Shown one piece after another: positions 51,100 through 61,618 of a stretch of 64,000 bases of DNA. Under the pieces are notes generated by a model. The model did no database searches, was not told the DNA's origin, and saw only the letters and a list, made by a program, of their open reading frames with translations. Within the stretch, counting starts at the first letter, position 1. Each line of letters begins with the position of its first letter. The stretch spans positions 25,251 to 89,250 of the forward strand of contig JAHITE010000007.1 in the NCBI GenBank assembly GCA_018817585.1, written 5' to 3'. The position numbers and the translations under genes are program-made. Origin of the DNA: Candidatus Omnitrophota bacterium. Its GTDB lineage: Bacteria > Omnitrophota > Gorgyraeia > B26-G9.

Positions 51100-53925
51100 A
51101 TGGACAAACAATCAATTATTATTAAAGGGGCAAAAGAGCATAATTTAAAGTCTCTGGATTTGGAATTGCCGCGGAATAAACTTATTGTAATCACTGGTTT
51201 ATCCGGATCCGGTAAGTCTTCCTTGGCTTTTGACACAATCTATGCCGAGGGCCAGCGGAGATATGTGGAAAGTCTTTCGGCTTATGCCCGCCAATTTCTC
51301 GAGCAATTGCATAAGCCGGATGTGGAATATATCGAAGGCCTTTCTCCGGCAATTGCCATTGAACAAAGAGTTGCTGGAGCTAATCCGCGTTCCACAGTTG
51401 CCACGCAAACCGAAATCTATGACTATTTAAGATTATTATTTGCCCGGATCGGCATTGCATACTGCTATCGCTGTAATCGGAAAATAACCCAGCAGTCTGT
51501 GCAGCAGATTGTCAGCCAGATTATGCAATTACCGGAAAATTCCAAACTCTATGTTTTAGCACCTTTGGTGCGAGGCCGAAAAGGGGAATATCGGAAAATT
51601 TTTGAGGAAGTATCTAAATCTGGTTTTGTCAGGGTGCGGGTGGATAATCAGATCTATGATATAAATGAACCAATTAATCTGGATAAGAAAAAAAACCATT
51701 CCATTGAAGTTGTGGTTGATCGCTTGATCTTAAAGCCGGATATTAAAAAGCGTCTGACTGATTCCGTGGAAACAGCTTTAAAAGTCGGCAAAAGCACAAT
51801 GCTTTTGGCAATTGAAGGCAAAGACGCGAACTTAGAGGAAATGATCTTTAGTGAAGTCTATGCCTGCACGCATTGCGGAATAAATTATGAAGAATTTCAG
51901 CCGAGAATGTTTTCCTTTAACAGTCCTTATGGCGCCTGCGCTGCCTGCGGTGGTTTGGGAACAAAAGTAGAAATAGATGAAGACCTGGTGGTTCCGGAAC
52001 GAACCCGCACTCTCAGAGAAGGCGCGCTTGAGCCTTGGCGCAGAGGCGGCAAGGGCTATATCATGTATTATCGCAGCTTGCTCTATGAATGCGCGGCAAA
52101 AGTTGGTTTTAGTCTGGATGTTTCCTTTAATAAATTAACTAAAAGTGTGCAAAAATTAATCTTATACGGAGATCAAAACATAAATATCTGGGGCAAGCCT
52201 TTTGAAGGAATTATTCCTAATCTCGAAAGATTATTTAAAACCACGGACAGTGAATTCAGAAAAGAAGAAATAAATAAATACATGAGCAATCTGCCGTGTC
52301 CCAGCTGTCAGGGGGCAAGACTTAAGCCGGAAAGTTTAGCGGTTAAGGTAGGAGGATTATCAATCTATGCTATTACCCGGCTGTCAATTGTTAATGCCGC
52401 GAAATTTTTTAAAGATTTAGAACTCAATGATAAAGAAAAACAGATTGCCAATCAGATTTTAAAAGAAATCAGACAGCGGATTGATTTTATGGAAAATGTA
52501 GGACTTAGCTATCTCAGTCTTGACCGCCAGAGCAGTACTTTATCCGGAGGCGAGGCACAGCGGATCCGTTTGGCCACACAGATCGGATCACGGCTGCGGG
52601 GAGTGATCTATGTTTTAGATGAGCCGAGTATTGGTCTGCATCAGCGGGATAATGATAAACTGCTCGATACATTAAAAGTATTAAGAGATATTGGCAATAC
52701 TTTGATTGTCGTTGAACATGATGAGGCCACAATCAAACAAGCCGATTATATTGTTGACCTGGGACCTGGCGCCGGCAAGCAGGGCGGATATATTGTTGCC
52801 CAGGGAACATTAGCCGATATTCTTAAATCCAAAGATTCGCTTACTGCCCAGTATATAAACGGAGACTTTAAAATCCTTCCTGACTATCTGCGGAGTAAAA
52901 AACCAGCGGATAAAAAACCCAAAGCCAAAACAATTGAAATAATCGGCGCGCGGGAGCATAATCTTAAAAATATTAATGTAAGCATTCCTTTGGGAAATTT
53001 TGTTTGTATCACCGGAGTTTCCGGCTCAGGCAAATCAACATTGATCGATGATATTCTTTATCGCGGCCTGGCTAAGAAATTGTATTTTTCCAAAGAAAAG
53101 CCGGGTTTGCATAAAACAATTAAAGGCATTGAAAATATTGATAAAGTAATTGTCATTGATCAATCGCCGATCGGCCGAACTCCTCGTTCCAATCCGGCAA
53201 CCTATACTAATTTATTTTCTCCGATCCGCGATTTTTTCAGCCAAATGCCGGAAGCCAAGATCAGAGGTTATAAGCCGGGAAGATTCAGCTTTAATGTTAA
53301 AGGCGGCCGCTGTGAATCCTGTCAGGGCGATGGAATTAAAAAAATAGAAATGCATTTTCTCTCGGATGTTTATGTGCAGTGCGAAGTCTGTAAAGGCAAG
53401 CGGTATAATGAGCAGACTTTGGAAGTTAAGTACAAAGGCAAGACAATCTCCGATGTGCTGGAGATGACAGTTGCTGATGCCCTGCTGTTTTTCACTGCTA
53501 ATTCCCGGGTTACCTCAAAGCTCCAGGTTTTAAATGATGTGGGTTTGGGTTATATTCAGCTGGGCCAGGCCGCGACCACGCTTTCCGGAGGCGAGGCGCA
53601 AAGAGTAAAACTTTCCACTGAGCTTGCTAAAAAAGCCACTGGGAGAACTTTGTATATTCTCGATGAGCCGACCACTGGCCTGCATTTCGCCGACATTGAT
53701 AAACTGTTAAAAGTTTTGCACACTTTGGTGGATTATGGTAACACAGTGTTAGTGATTGAACATAATCTTGACGTGATCAGAACCGCGGACCATATTATTG
53801 ATTTAGGGCCTGAAGGCGGGGACAATGGGGGGCAGATAATTGCCCTGGGCACGCCGCGGCAAGTAATGAACAGTAAAAAATCGTATACCGGTAAATATTT
53901 AAAACAACATTTAACGCAGCATTAG
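51100..53925 (+). CDS. uvrA: Excinuclease ABC subunit A
   Basis: [14 protein letters not shown], zinc fingers, two [18 protein letters not shown]. Confidence 0.99.
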   Translation: MDKQSIIIKGAKEHNLKSLDLELPRNKLIVITGLSGSGKSSLAFDTIYAEGQRRYVESLSAYARQFLEQLHKPDVEYIEGLSPAIAIEQRVAGANPRSTVATQTEIYDYLRLLFARIGIAYCYRCNRKITQQSVQQIVSQIMQLPENSKLYVLAPLVRGRKGEYRKIFEEVSKSGFVRVRVDNQIYDINEPINLDKKKNHSIEVVVDRLILKPDIKKRLTDSVETALKVGKSTMLLAIEGKDANLEEMIFSEVYACTHCGINYEEFQPRMFSFNSPYGACAACGGLGTKVEIDEDLVVPERTRTLREGALEPWRRGGKGYIMYYRSLLYECAAKVGFSLDVSFNKLTKSVQKLILYGDQNINIWGKPFEGIIPNLERLFKTTDSEFRKEEINKYMSNLPCPSCQGARLKPESLAVKVGGLSIYAITRLSIVNAAKFFKDLELNDKEKQIANQILKEIRQRIDFMENVGLSYLSLDRQSSTLSGGEAQRIRLATQIGSRLRGVIYVLDEPSIGLHQRDNDKLLDTLKVLRDIGNTLIVVEHDEATIKQADYIVDLGPGAGKQGGYIVAQGTLADILKSKDSLTAQYINGDFKILPDYLRSKKPADKKPKAKTIEIIGAREHNLKNINVSIPLGNFVCITGVSGSGKSTLIDDILYRGLAKKLYFSKEKPGLHKTIKGIENIDKVIVIDQSPIGRTPRSNPATYTNLFSPIRDFFSQMPEAKIRGYKPGRFSFNVKGGRCESCQGDGIKKIEMHFLSDVYVQCEVCKGKRYNEQTLEVKYKGKTISDVLEMTVADALLFFTANSRVTSKLQVLNDVGLGYIQLGQAATTLSGGEAQRVKLSTELAKKATGRTLYILDEPTTGLHFADIDKLLKVLHTLVDYGNTVLVIEHNLDVIRTADHIIDLGPEGGDNGGQIIALGTPRQVMNSKKSYTGKYLKQHLTQH

Positions 53926-53937
53926 AGACGCATAATA

Positions 53938-56451
53938 ATGATTATGAATAAAAATCCTGATAAAACTTTTAATAAAATCCTGAAGGCAGGTTTAGTTTTA
54001 ATCCTGGGGATGATGTTTTTAAATAATAGCATTGTGTTCGCGGAAGATAATGAATTTAAAGATCTTTTTTTATCCAAGCAGGTATTTAAAGATGGGTTTT
54101 ATGACAGCGCGATCCGACAGCTGAAGCAATTTCAAAAAGACTATCCCTATAGTAAAAGAATGTTTGAGGTGGAATTTCTGATTGCCCGCTGCTATTTAAA
54201 ACAAGGGCATTTATACAAAGCTTCTTCGGCTTTTGAAGAACTGTTTAAAAAAAGCAAGGAATCAGCGCCGGATAAAACCGATGAGATTATGTTCTGGAGC
54301 GGCGAGACATATTTTAAAGGCAAAGACTATAAGCGGGCGCGGGTGTTTTATCAGAAAATAGTCAATGAATTTCCTCAGTCGCGTTTTACCAGCTATGCCA
54401 GCTATAACAGCGCCTGGGCATCATATGAATCAAAAGATTTTTCGCGGGCGAAAAAAGAGTTTGAATATTTTATAAATAAATTTCCCAATCATGAATATGT
54501 TCCGGAAGCGCAGTTTAAAATCGGAGAAATTTTATTTGAATCAAATCAGCAGGCTCAGGCTCAGACTTTTCTCTTAGTCTATTTAAAAAAACATCCCAAG
54601 CCGGAAAATCTGGCCAGAGTGCATTGTCTGCTGGGTGAGATTTTTTACCGCAGGGGCGATTATCCCAAAGCAATCGAGCATTATAAGGTTTCTTTGGAAA
54701 ATGGCCCGCACTCAAATTACGCGCCTTATGCCCGCTATGGAATCGGCTGGGCTTATTTTGACGCTGCGGATTATCCGGCAAGCTTAAATGCTTTTATGGA
54801 TTTTCTCGAGTTTTTTTCCGGGCATAAATTAGCGGAAATAGTTTATCTCCAGGCCGGTGAATCTAACCGGAAATTAGAGCAATATGGTAAAGCTTTACAG
54901 CTTTATGAAGAAATGATAAAAAAATTTCCCAACGGCAAATGGGCAGCCAGGGCTTTTTTCGCCAAGGCCAAAACGCTTAATGATTTAAATCAAATCAATG
55001 AGGCGATAACCTGTTATCAAGATATGCTCAAACAATTTCCCCAGAATCAGCTGCTTCCGGAGGTGCATTATAACTTAGGGATTTTGTATTTAAATAAACT
55101 AAAGGATAAAAACAGCGCTTTAAAAGAATTAAAGCTGGTTGTCCAGACATCCCCTGAGCCGAAAATTAAAGTTAATGCTTTGAGTAAAATCGCGGATATT
55201 TATTTAGAGTCCGGAGATGTTGAGCTGGCGCAAAAAGAATATGATAAGATCTTAATTGAATTCGCGGACAGTTCGTACGCGGATTATGCCCAATTCCAAT
55301 TAGGGATCAGTTTTTTAAAGCAAGGCCGATTTGACGCGGCAATATTAGCGTTTAATAATGTGATAAATAGCTTTCCGCGAAGCGCTTCGCTGGCTGAGGC
55401 GAGATTTCAATTGGGAATGGCTTATTTTAAAAAAAGGGATTATGAAGCCGCGATTAAAGAACTTAATTTAACAATTGAAAAGCATCCGGATCGGGATTTT
55501 AAAGAACAAGCTTTGTTTTACATCGCGACTTCATTTTATAATCTGAAAAAATTTGATGAAGCGCTGAACGTCTACAATCAGCTTATAAAAACCGCTAAGG
55601 ACAAAGAACTGCTTTGGCGCTGTCTGCATCAGCGCGCCTGGGCATATTATAACAGCGGCAAAGAAAAAGAAGCAATAAACGCGTTTACGGAATTTATTAC
55701 CAAGTGCCCGGAAGCACCGATTATCAGTGATACGCAGTTTTGGCTGGGACAGTATTATCTGCAGAGCGGACAATGTAATAAGGCCAGAGGATACTTTAAT
55801 CAAATTATTCAAAGCAGCGATGATCAGAATGAATTAAAAGACGATGCGATGTTTCAACTTGGGGTTTGCTTTTTAAAATCAGATAACAAAGATCTTGCCT
55901 TGCGGCAATTCATAATGCTTAAACAGGATTTTCCGAACAGTGATTTTGTTCCTGAAGCGGTATTAAAAATAGTCGAGATCTTAAATGAACAGGGAAAAAT
56001 TGAAAGAGCTGAATCAGAGCTAAAACAATTGATCAAAAACCATCCTGATTCAATGTATGAAAATATTGCATATAAAAAACTGGCGGATATCGATCAAAAA
56101 GAAGGTGAATATAAAAAAGCGATTTCTTATTTGGAAAAAGCTTTGCAGTCTAAACAGGCAGTTGCCGAATTTAAAGTTCAGCTGCAGTTTCAAATCGCGA
56201 TGATCAGAGAAGAACTGAAAGATTATGATCAGGCAATGGATGACTATTTAAAAGTGATCTATCTGTATCCGGATCTGGATCAATGGGTCGCTCAAGCCTA
56301 TCTTAAAATCGGCGGATTGTTTGAACTGCAGAAAAATTATGAAAAAGCGCTGGATGCTTACAACAAAATTATAATCGACAATTTACCAAAACAGGAAATC
56401 GCTAAAGAGAGGCTGGAATGGATCAAGCTAAATGTAAACACAGCTTATTAA
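53938..56451 (+). CDS. Large periplasmic TPR protein
   Basis: Signal peptide; many A...F...I..FP.S.....A.F.LG repeats. Confidence 0.9.
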   Translation: MIMNKNPDKTFNKILKAGLVLILGMMFLNNSIVFAEDNEFKDLFLSKQVFKDGFYDSAIRQLKQFQKDYPYSKRMFEVEFLIARCYLKQGHLYKASSAFEELFKKSKESAPDKTDEIMFWSGETYFKGKDYKRARVFYQKIVNEFPQSRFTSYASYNSAWASYESKDFSRAKKEFEYFINKFPNHEYVPEAQFKIGEILFESNQQAQAQTFLLVYLKKHPKPENLARVHCLLGEIFYRRGDYPKAIEHYKVSLENGPHSNYAPYARYGIGWAYFDAADYPASLNAFMDFLEFFSGHKLAEIVYLQAGESNRKLEQYGKALQLYEEMIKKFPNGKWAARAFFAKAKTLNDLNQINEAITCYQDMLKQFPQNQLLPEVHYNLGILYLNKLKDKNSALKELKLVVQTSPEPKIKVNALSKIADIYLESGDVELAQKEYDKILIEFADSSYADYAQFQLGISFLKQGRFDAAILAFNNVINSFPRSASLAEARFQLGMAYFKKRDYEAAIKELNLTIEKHPDRDFKEQALFYIATSFYNLKKFDEALNVYNQLIKTAKDKELLWRCLHQRAWAYYNSGKEKEAINAFTEFITKCPEAPIISDTQFWLGQYYLQSGQCNKARGYFNQIIQSSDDQNELKDDAMFQLGVCFLKSDNKDLALRQFIMLKQDFPNSDFVPEAVLKIVEILNEQGKIERAESELKQLIKNHPDSMYENIAYKKLADIDQKEGEYKKAISYLEKALQSKQAVAEFKVQLQFQIAMIREELKDYDQAMDDYLKVIYLYPDLDQWVAQAYLKIGGLFELQKNYEKALDAYNKIIIDNLPKQEIAKERLEWIKLNVNTAY

Positions 56452-57950
56452 TTATCTTTATTAGCTGCTTATTCTGGGTAAACCCAGGCCATGCTGAGGA
56501 ATTGGAAAAGCCTTTAATCAAACTGCCGCAGGTAAATATTATTGGTCAGCAAGACACGGATTATCCCTTTGAAAACAGCGGGATTATTTCTGCTGATCTG
56601 GTGGCCCAGTCAAGCTTAAATGAATCTCCCAAGCAGGATGAATCCCAGGGTTTTCTTACCAGCTCCTATGGAAGTTTTGATTCTAAATTATTTGAGGTAG
56701 AACATTCGCTAAAGTCAGAAATGTTCTACTATAATGCCTATATCCAAATCAAAGGCAGTGACGGGGATAGAGATAATTCCCAGTTTATCGCGTATAAACC
56801 TAACCTGAGCGTAGGTATTCCGTTTTATCAGGAGAATGAACTGTTGTTTAATTTTGATTATTTTGATAAAAAAATGGGCCTGCCTGGCAGAACAACTCTG
56901 CCGAGCTTAAACGCCGAAAGAAGAAACAGCGATATGGTTTCATCTTTCAGCTTGATCCACAAACAGGATGATAGCAGCTTTAAATTTACGCCCTATTACG
57001 ACCTGTCGATCTTTAATGATGATCTGGTCCGGGAGGATTTTAAAAACAAACTATATGGTTTGAAATTAGAACTGGCTAATGAAGCGCTGATTTTGGATAT
57101 CAATGCCTATCAGAATCGGCTGGTAAACCATTATAAAGCAGGCGCTGGGAGTGCGGACATTAAAACAAATTCAATTGATTTAAATGACCAATGGAGAGCT
57201 GTTTTGGGAATTAATCTTTTTGCCCAGGAAGAGTTTGGGCAAAGACAGTCTCCGTTTGTTGAACTGGTTTATGAGGAAAATGAGGATTGTCTGCATAAAT
57301 TCACCATCAGCCGCAAGTATGCTCCGATTCAGTTTAATCAAACCTATTTGGAAGATAATTATATTGAAGTCAATCCCGAGCTAATGCGTCCGGTGCGCAG
57401 TTCTGAGATTGCTTATAATCTGGATAAACACATCAGCACACAATGGCGGGCCAATATTTTAGTCTATTATCGTCAGTCTAAAGATTACTGGTTTTTAACC
57501 GATAATGATAATGACGGGTTTTATGCTCCCTTGGCAATTGAGCAGGCTAATCTTAGCGGAATAAATCTGTCCACAGAATATAATTGGAGTGAAGAATTTA
57601 ATTATTTTTTAAGTTTAGATATCCGAAAAATAAGAAGCAAGGATTCGGATTATGAGTTTGTTCCCTTTGAGCCAAAACAAAAAATATCAGTGGGCCTGAC
57701 CTATCAAATGACGGAAAAAACCAAGATTGATTTTGTCGGTGATTACTTTGGCCGGAGATACTATTCCGGCAATGCCAAAGAGAGCTCAAGCGCCTATTTT
57801 CTTTTAGGCTCAAAGCTTACATACAACCGGAAAGATTCCTTGACTTTTTTTGCTTTAATTGATAATTTATTAAATGATCACTACGAAATAGTTAGAGGAT
57901 ACCCTAGTCAGAGCAGAAGTATATTGTCTGGAGTAACGCTCAGATTTTAA
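56418..57950 (+). CDS. TonB-dependent-receptor-like outer membrane beta-barrel
   Basis: Signal peptide, LPQVNIIG TonB-box-like segment, IDNLLN..YE..RGYP...R, C-terminal GVTLRF. Confidence 0.8.
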   Translation: MDQAKCKHSLLIIFISCLFWVNPGHAEELEKPLIKLPQVNIIGQQDTDYPFENSGIISADLVAQSSLNESPKQDESQGFLTSSYGSFDSKLFEVEHSLKSEMFYYNAYIQIKGSDGDRDNSQFIAYKPNLSVGIPFYQENELLFNFDYFDKKMGLPGRTTLPSLNAERRNSDMVSSFSLIHKQDDSSFKFTPYYDLSIFNDDLVREDFKNKLYGLKLELANEALILDINAYQNRLVNHYKAGAGSADIKTNSIDLNDQWRAVLGINLFAQEEFGQRQSPFVELVYEENEDCLHKFTISRKYAPIQFNQTYLEDNYIEVNPELMRPVRSSEIAYNLDKHISTQWRANILVYYRQSKDYWFLTDNDNDGFYAPLAIEQANLSGINLSTEYNWSEEFNYFLSLDIRKIRSKDSDYEFVPFEPKQKISVGLTYQMTEKTKIDFVGDYFGRRYYSGNAKESSSAYFLLGSKLTYNRKDSLTFFALIDNLLNDHYEIVRGYPSQSRSILSGVTLRF

Positions 57951-58121
57951 GCTTTCATTTTGCGGTGCGACAATTCAGGCTAAATTCGCTATTAGCCTGA
58001 AAAACTTCAGATATCTTCCTGTATAATTTCGCGATTATAGATTATATATCAAAGAAAAAAAGTATTTTATTTAGATTAATAGCTTTTAAAAAATAGAAAA
58101 AGTTATTCATAAGGAGGAAAA

Positions 58122-58808
58122 ATGCAAAGCATAATATTTAAACTGGTTTGTCTTATCGCGTCTTGTCTGATCTCAACAGGATTATATCTAAAGGTGGATG
58201 TTATCAATAAGGGCGGACCAGTGATGATTCCGATAATTCTCTGCTCAATATTTTCCTTCGCGATTATCCTGGAAAGAGTGGTAAATATATATCGTTCAAA
58301 AATCGATACATCGAGATTTATGGATGAGATCACCGCGGCCTTAAAGCGCAATCGGATCGCGGACGCTTTAGAAATCTGTGAACAGACTCAAGGCCCGATC
58401 GCTCAGATCATAAAAGCGGGAATTGCCAAGCATGATTGTCCCAAGGCTGAGATCCGGGAAGCAATTGAAGATGCTGGTCTGCATGAAGTTCCAAAACTGG
58501 AAAAGAACCTGAGCGCTCTGGCAACAATCGCTCATGTCAGCCCTTTGCTGGGATTACTGGGCACAGTTACCGGAATGGTCAGCACTTTTCAGATCATCCA
58601 GCAAAAAGCGCAGGCAATGTATCCGGTTGATGCTTCCGTGCTCGCTCAGGGAATCTGGGAAGCGCTGATTACCACAGTAGCGGGTTTATTAGTGGCGATT
58701 CCGAGTTTTGTGGCTTATAATTATTTGGTGGCAAAAGTAGGAAGCCTGATTGTGGAAATGGAAATAATGGCCACAGACCTTGTGAATATTCTTACGCAGA
58801 GAAAGTAG
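58122..58808 (+). CDS. exbB: MotA/TolQ/ExbB proton channel
   Basis: SPLLGLLGTVTGM, GIWEALITTVAGLLVAIP. Confidence 0.9.
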   Translation: MQSIIFKLVCLIASCLISTGLYLKVDVINKGGPVMIPIILCSIFSFAIILERVVNIYRSKIDTSRFMDEITAALKRNRIADALEICEQTQGPIAQIIKAGIAKHDCPKAEIREAIEDAGLHEVPKLEKNLSALATIAHVSPLLGLLGTVTGMVSTFQIIQQKAQAMYPVDASVLAQGIWEALITTVAGLLVAIPSFVAYNYLVAKVGSLIVEMEIMATDLVNILTQRK

Positions 58809-58820
58809 GAGGCAGATCCC

Positions 58821-59234
58821 ATGCGGTTTAGAAAGCATTTAGAGCTGGAGAAAGGGCAAAAAGAAATCAATATCACTCCTTTGGTGGACATGGTATTTCT
58901 TTTGCTTGTTTTTTTCATGCTGACCTCCAGCTTTATCGTTATGCCGGGAATAAAAATCAATCTTCCCAAAGCCGTTACTTCAGAAGTTATAAAAGATAAA
59001 AATATTATTATTACAGTTAACAGTGATAATGTTATTTACCTTAATGAAAAACCAATCAGTTCCGCGGAGCTGACAAGTCATCTGAGTGAAATGGTAAAGG
59101 CAGATAAAGAAATACCTTTACTAATTAAAGCTGATAAAAATACACAGCTGGGATCAGTGGTTATGGTCTGGGATATTTGCCGGAAAGTAGGGATTTCCCA
59201 GATAAATATCGCGACTTTACAGGAAGTCAGATAG
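58821..59234 (+). CDS. exbD: ExbD/TolR
   Basis: INITPLVDMVFLLLVFFM, INLPKA, IKAD. Confidence 0.92.
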   Translation: MRFRKHLELEKGQKEINITPLVDMVFLLLVFFMLTSSFIVMPGIKINLPKAVTSEVIKDKNIIITVNSDNVIYLNEKPISSAELTSHLSEMVKADKEIPLLIKADKNTQLGSVVMVWDICRKVGISQINIATLQEVR

Positions 59235-59236
59235 CA

Positions 59237-59875
59237 ATGCGAGAAAAAAATATATTTGCTATTGCCTTAACATTTTCTTTGGCATGGCATCTTGTTGGCG
59301 GAGAAGCAGTGCATATTGTCTGGCCGGAAAAAATCGTGGAACATAAGTTCCCGGCGATAAATTTCTGGGGATCTTTGCGCGATCTGCCGGGTTTAGATGC
59401 TGTGGATATTGACAAATCTTTAAATCCTCAGAAAAAAGAAAGCACTGTTGTTTCAACTAAAAAACCGCGCGGGGATATGGAATTTAATGTTTTAGCCAAA
59501 GAAGCTTTGCCGGTTTTTGAGCTTTCGGAAAAAAAAGATCCGGTAATTGTTCTGGATTCGGCAGGATCCGCGGATTTTCTTGTTTCCGAAAGCATAAAAG
59601 GCGAGTTAAAACGAAGCATTTTAATCAAACCCGCTTTACCTAAATATCCGGAATGGGCCAAAGCACTGGGCAATTACTTTGAAGTGGAGTTAAAATTTTT
59701 GATCCTAGCCGATGGGACAGTGGGAACAGTGAAAAAAGTGACTTCTGCCGGATATCCTGAACTGGATGAAATCGGGATTCGCTATATTCGAAAATGGAAA
59801 TTTATGCCTTTACCTGAGGGAGCGAAACCCGCGGAGCAATGGGGAACAGTGAAACTGGTTTTTAATCTTAAATGA
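59237..59875 (+). CDS. tonB: TonB family energy transducer
   Basis: N-terminal TM with S...H motif, P.YPEWA, DG.V, LD.......KWKF.P. Confidence 0.8.
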   Translation: MREKNIFAIALTFSLAWHLVGGEAVHIVWPEKIVEHKFPAINFWGSLRDLPGLDAVDIDKSLNPQKKESTVVSTKKPRGDMEFNVLAKEALPVFELSEKKDPVIVLDSAGSADFLVSESIKGELKRSILIKPALPKYPEWAKALGNYFEVELKFLILADGTVGTVKKVTSAGYPELDEIGIRYIRKWKFMPLPEGAKPAEQWGTVKLVFNLK

Positions 59876-60135
59876 TAAATTTATCCTTTGATCAAGCAGT
59901 CGCGTACTATATATTGTTTTTTATCATAATATTCGCGGGAAGTCTCGTATTTGCTTTTTGCCTTAAAGATAAACAATGGTATCCTAAAGAATTTACGTTT
60001 TGGCAATGCTCGATTTGCGGATTTGTTTATTCCTGTATGTTTGATAATAATATAACTGTTTGTCCGCAATGCGGCAGTTTTAATAAAAGAGTTGTTTTAG
60101 AAACTTCAGAGGAAACAAAGAAAAATTTTAAGTAA
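59872..60135 (+). CDS. Small membrane-anchored zinc-ribbon protein
   Basis: TM helix, CSICG...CPQCGS; ATGA overlap with tonB. Confidence 0.7.
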   Translation: MINLSFDQAVAYYILFFIIIFAGSLVFAFCLKDKQWYPKEFTFWQCSICGFVYSCMFDNNITVCPQCGSFNKRVVLETSEETKKNFK

Positions 60136-60209
60136 AAGAGTTAAGGGTGATCATTAATTAACAAAGCTAATTTTAAAAGGGGTTATTAGACAAATAAGGA
60201 GGGGTTATT

Positions 60210-60422
60210 ATGATTATGGAGATTGGGATTGTGGCAGGAGACATCTGGCATTATCTGGATGAAAATGGAGCTGTTGATCTGGAAAATTTGATCAGCGGCG
60301 TAAATAAGCCGAGAAATTTAGTATTAATGGGCCTGGGCTGGTTAGCCAGAGAAGGACATGTCAGCGTGTGCAATGAACATGAAAAAACTTGCCAGATAAG
60401 ACTTAGAGAAAAAAAGGTATAA
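60210..60422 (+). CDS. Winged helix-turn-helix protein (DUF2582)
   Basis: IG.VAGDIWHYL...G, MGLGWLAREG. Confidence 0.85.
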   Translation: MIMEIGIVAGDIWHYLDENGAVDLENLISGVNKPRNLVLMGLGWLAREGHVSVCNEHEKTCQIRLREKKV

Positions 60423-60429
60423 ATTTAAA

Positions 60430-60759
60430 ATGAGCAAAGAAAACAAGGAATGTATTGTTGTTTTTGTTACTGCCGGCTCAGATCAGGAAGCTGATCTGCT
60501 CAGAGAAAAGTTGCTTGCAGCTAAACTGGCAGCATGTGTAAGCAAAACCAATGTTAATTCCATGTTTTTCTGGGAAAATAAAATCCAGACAGAAAATGAA
60601 GTGCTGCTGATCATCAAAACAAAATATAGTTTATATTCAGAGCTTGAGGCTTTGGTCAGACAGCTGCACAGCTATGATCTGCCGGAGATTATCGCCTTAC
60701 CGATTATCAGCGGTAGTAAACCGTATCTTGAATGGATAAACGAAAACACGAAAAAGTAA
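60430..60759 (+). CDS. cutA: Divalent-cation tolerance protein CutA
   Basis: KLAAC, S.F.WE, E.LL.IKT, HSYDLPEII, YLEWI. Confidence 0.93.
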   Translation: MSKENKECIVVFVTAGSDQEADLLREKLLAAKLAACVSKTNVNSMFFWENKIQTENEVLLIIKTKYSLYSELEALVRQLHSYDLPEIIALPIISGSKPYLEWINENTKK

Positions 60760-60770
60760 AAAGCACTTTT

Positions 60771-60798
60771 AGCTCATAGTTGATAGCTCATGGCTCAT
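60771..60798. repeat. Heptamer tandem repeat (agctcat-type x4)
   Basis: agctcat agttgat agctcat ggctcat; same family as 41901-41935. Confidence 0.75.
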
Positions 60799-60830
60799 AG
60801 CAAAAGCAAAAAAACAAAATAAAGTAAAAA

Positions 60831-60861
60831 GGCTGGGATTAATTATCCCGGTCTTTTTTTT
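60831..60861 (+). terminator. Intrinsic terminator
   Basis: ggctgggat/atcccggtc followed by T8. Confidence 0.8.
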
Positions 60862-60939
60862 GTAGGGGCGCTGCTTGCCTGCGCCTGTATCATAATTATT
60901 CCACCGATTATTACGGGCCGAGGCAAGCGCGGCCCCTAC
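60862..60939. repeat. GTAG-type REP doublet (inverted pair)
   Basis: gtaggggcgctgcttgcctgcgcctgta ... tacgggccgaggcaagcgcggcccctac. Confidence 0.75.
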
Positions 60940-61004
60940 GCTGTGACCTTGTGATTTTTAAACATTTTTTCTAAAAATGTTTAACTTGTGATATAATAAA
61001 TAAA

Positions 61005-61616
61005 ATGAAAAAAGGATTTACTCTCTTAGAGCTGCTTATCGGTATAACCATCTTCGCGATTATTTCCGGAGCGGTTTATACCAGTCTTTATCTGGGGGTA
61101 AAGGTTTGGAAGCATGAAGAAAAAAATAATTCCAGCCTTCAGGAGATTATCCTGACCTTTGAACTGATCGAAACAAATCTGTTCAGTACGTTTATCAACC
61201 CGGAAAATGAGAATATAAAATTCAAAGGCAGCGCGGACCGCCTGGAATTTTTCCGGGTGAATAATGCCGAGCAATTAGAATCAGTTTGTTTTTATTTGGA
61301 TTCCGCGGCAGAAAAAGATTCAGCTGAATTATTGGTTTTAAGGAAAAGATATTCTTTGCCTGATCAGCAGCAGCCGGAAGTCAGCCCGGAGATTGTGAAT
61401 AATCAGATCAAAAATTTTAAATTAAGCTATTTTAATAATAAAGAAAATAAATGGAATGAGGATTGGCCTGAGGAATTATTACTGCCCAGTCAGGTAAAAG
61501 TTGAGATTGATTTTAAGCTAAATGATTCCGCGGACAGTGCTTTGCACTTCGAAAAATACATCAGCATTCCCGCGGCAAATAAAATAGAATTAGCAACTGA
61601 TGATATCGCGGCTTAA
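61005..61616 (+). CDS. Type II secretion minor pseudopilin (GspJ-like)
   Basis: KKGFTLLELL prepilin cleavage motif; W...W....LP..V.V. Confidence 0.85.
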   Translation: MKKGFTLLELLIGITIFAIISGAVYTSLYLGVKVWKHEEKNNSSLQEIILTFELIETNLFSTFINPENENIKFKGSADRLEFFRVNNAEQLESVCFYLDSAAEKDSAELLVLRKRYSLPDQQQPEVSPEIVNNQIKNFKLSYFNNKENKWNEDWPEELLLPSQVKVEIDFKLNDSADSALHFEKYISIPAANKIELATDDIAA

Positions 61617-61618
61617 TT

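Noticed and set aside
57974-58001. 10-bp inverted repeat after the beta-barrel gene as a terminator
   Set aside because: No U-tract on either strand; at most an mRNA-stabilising hairpin
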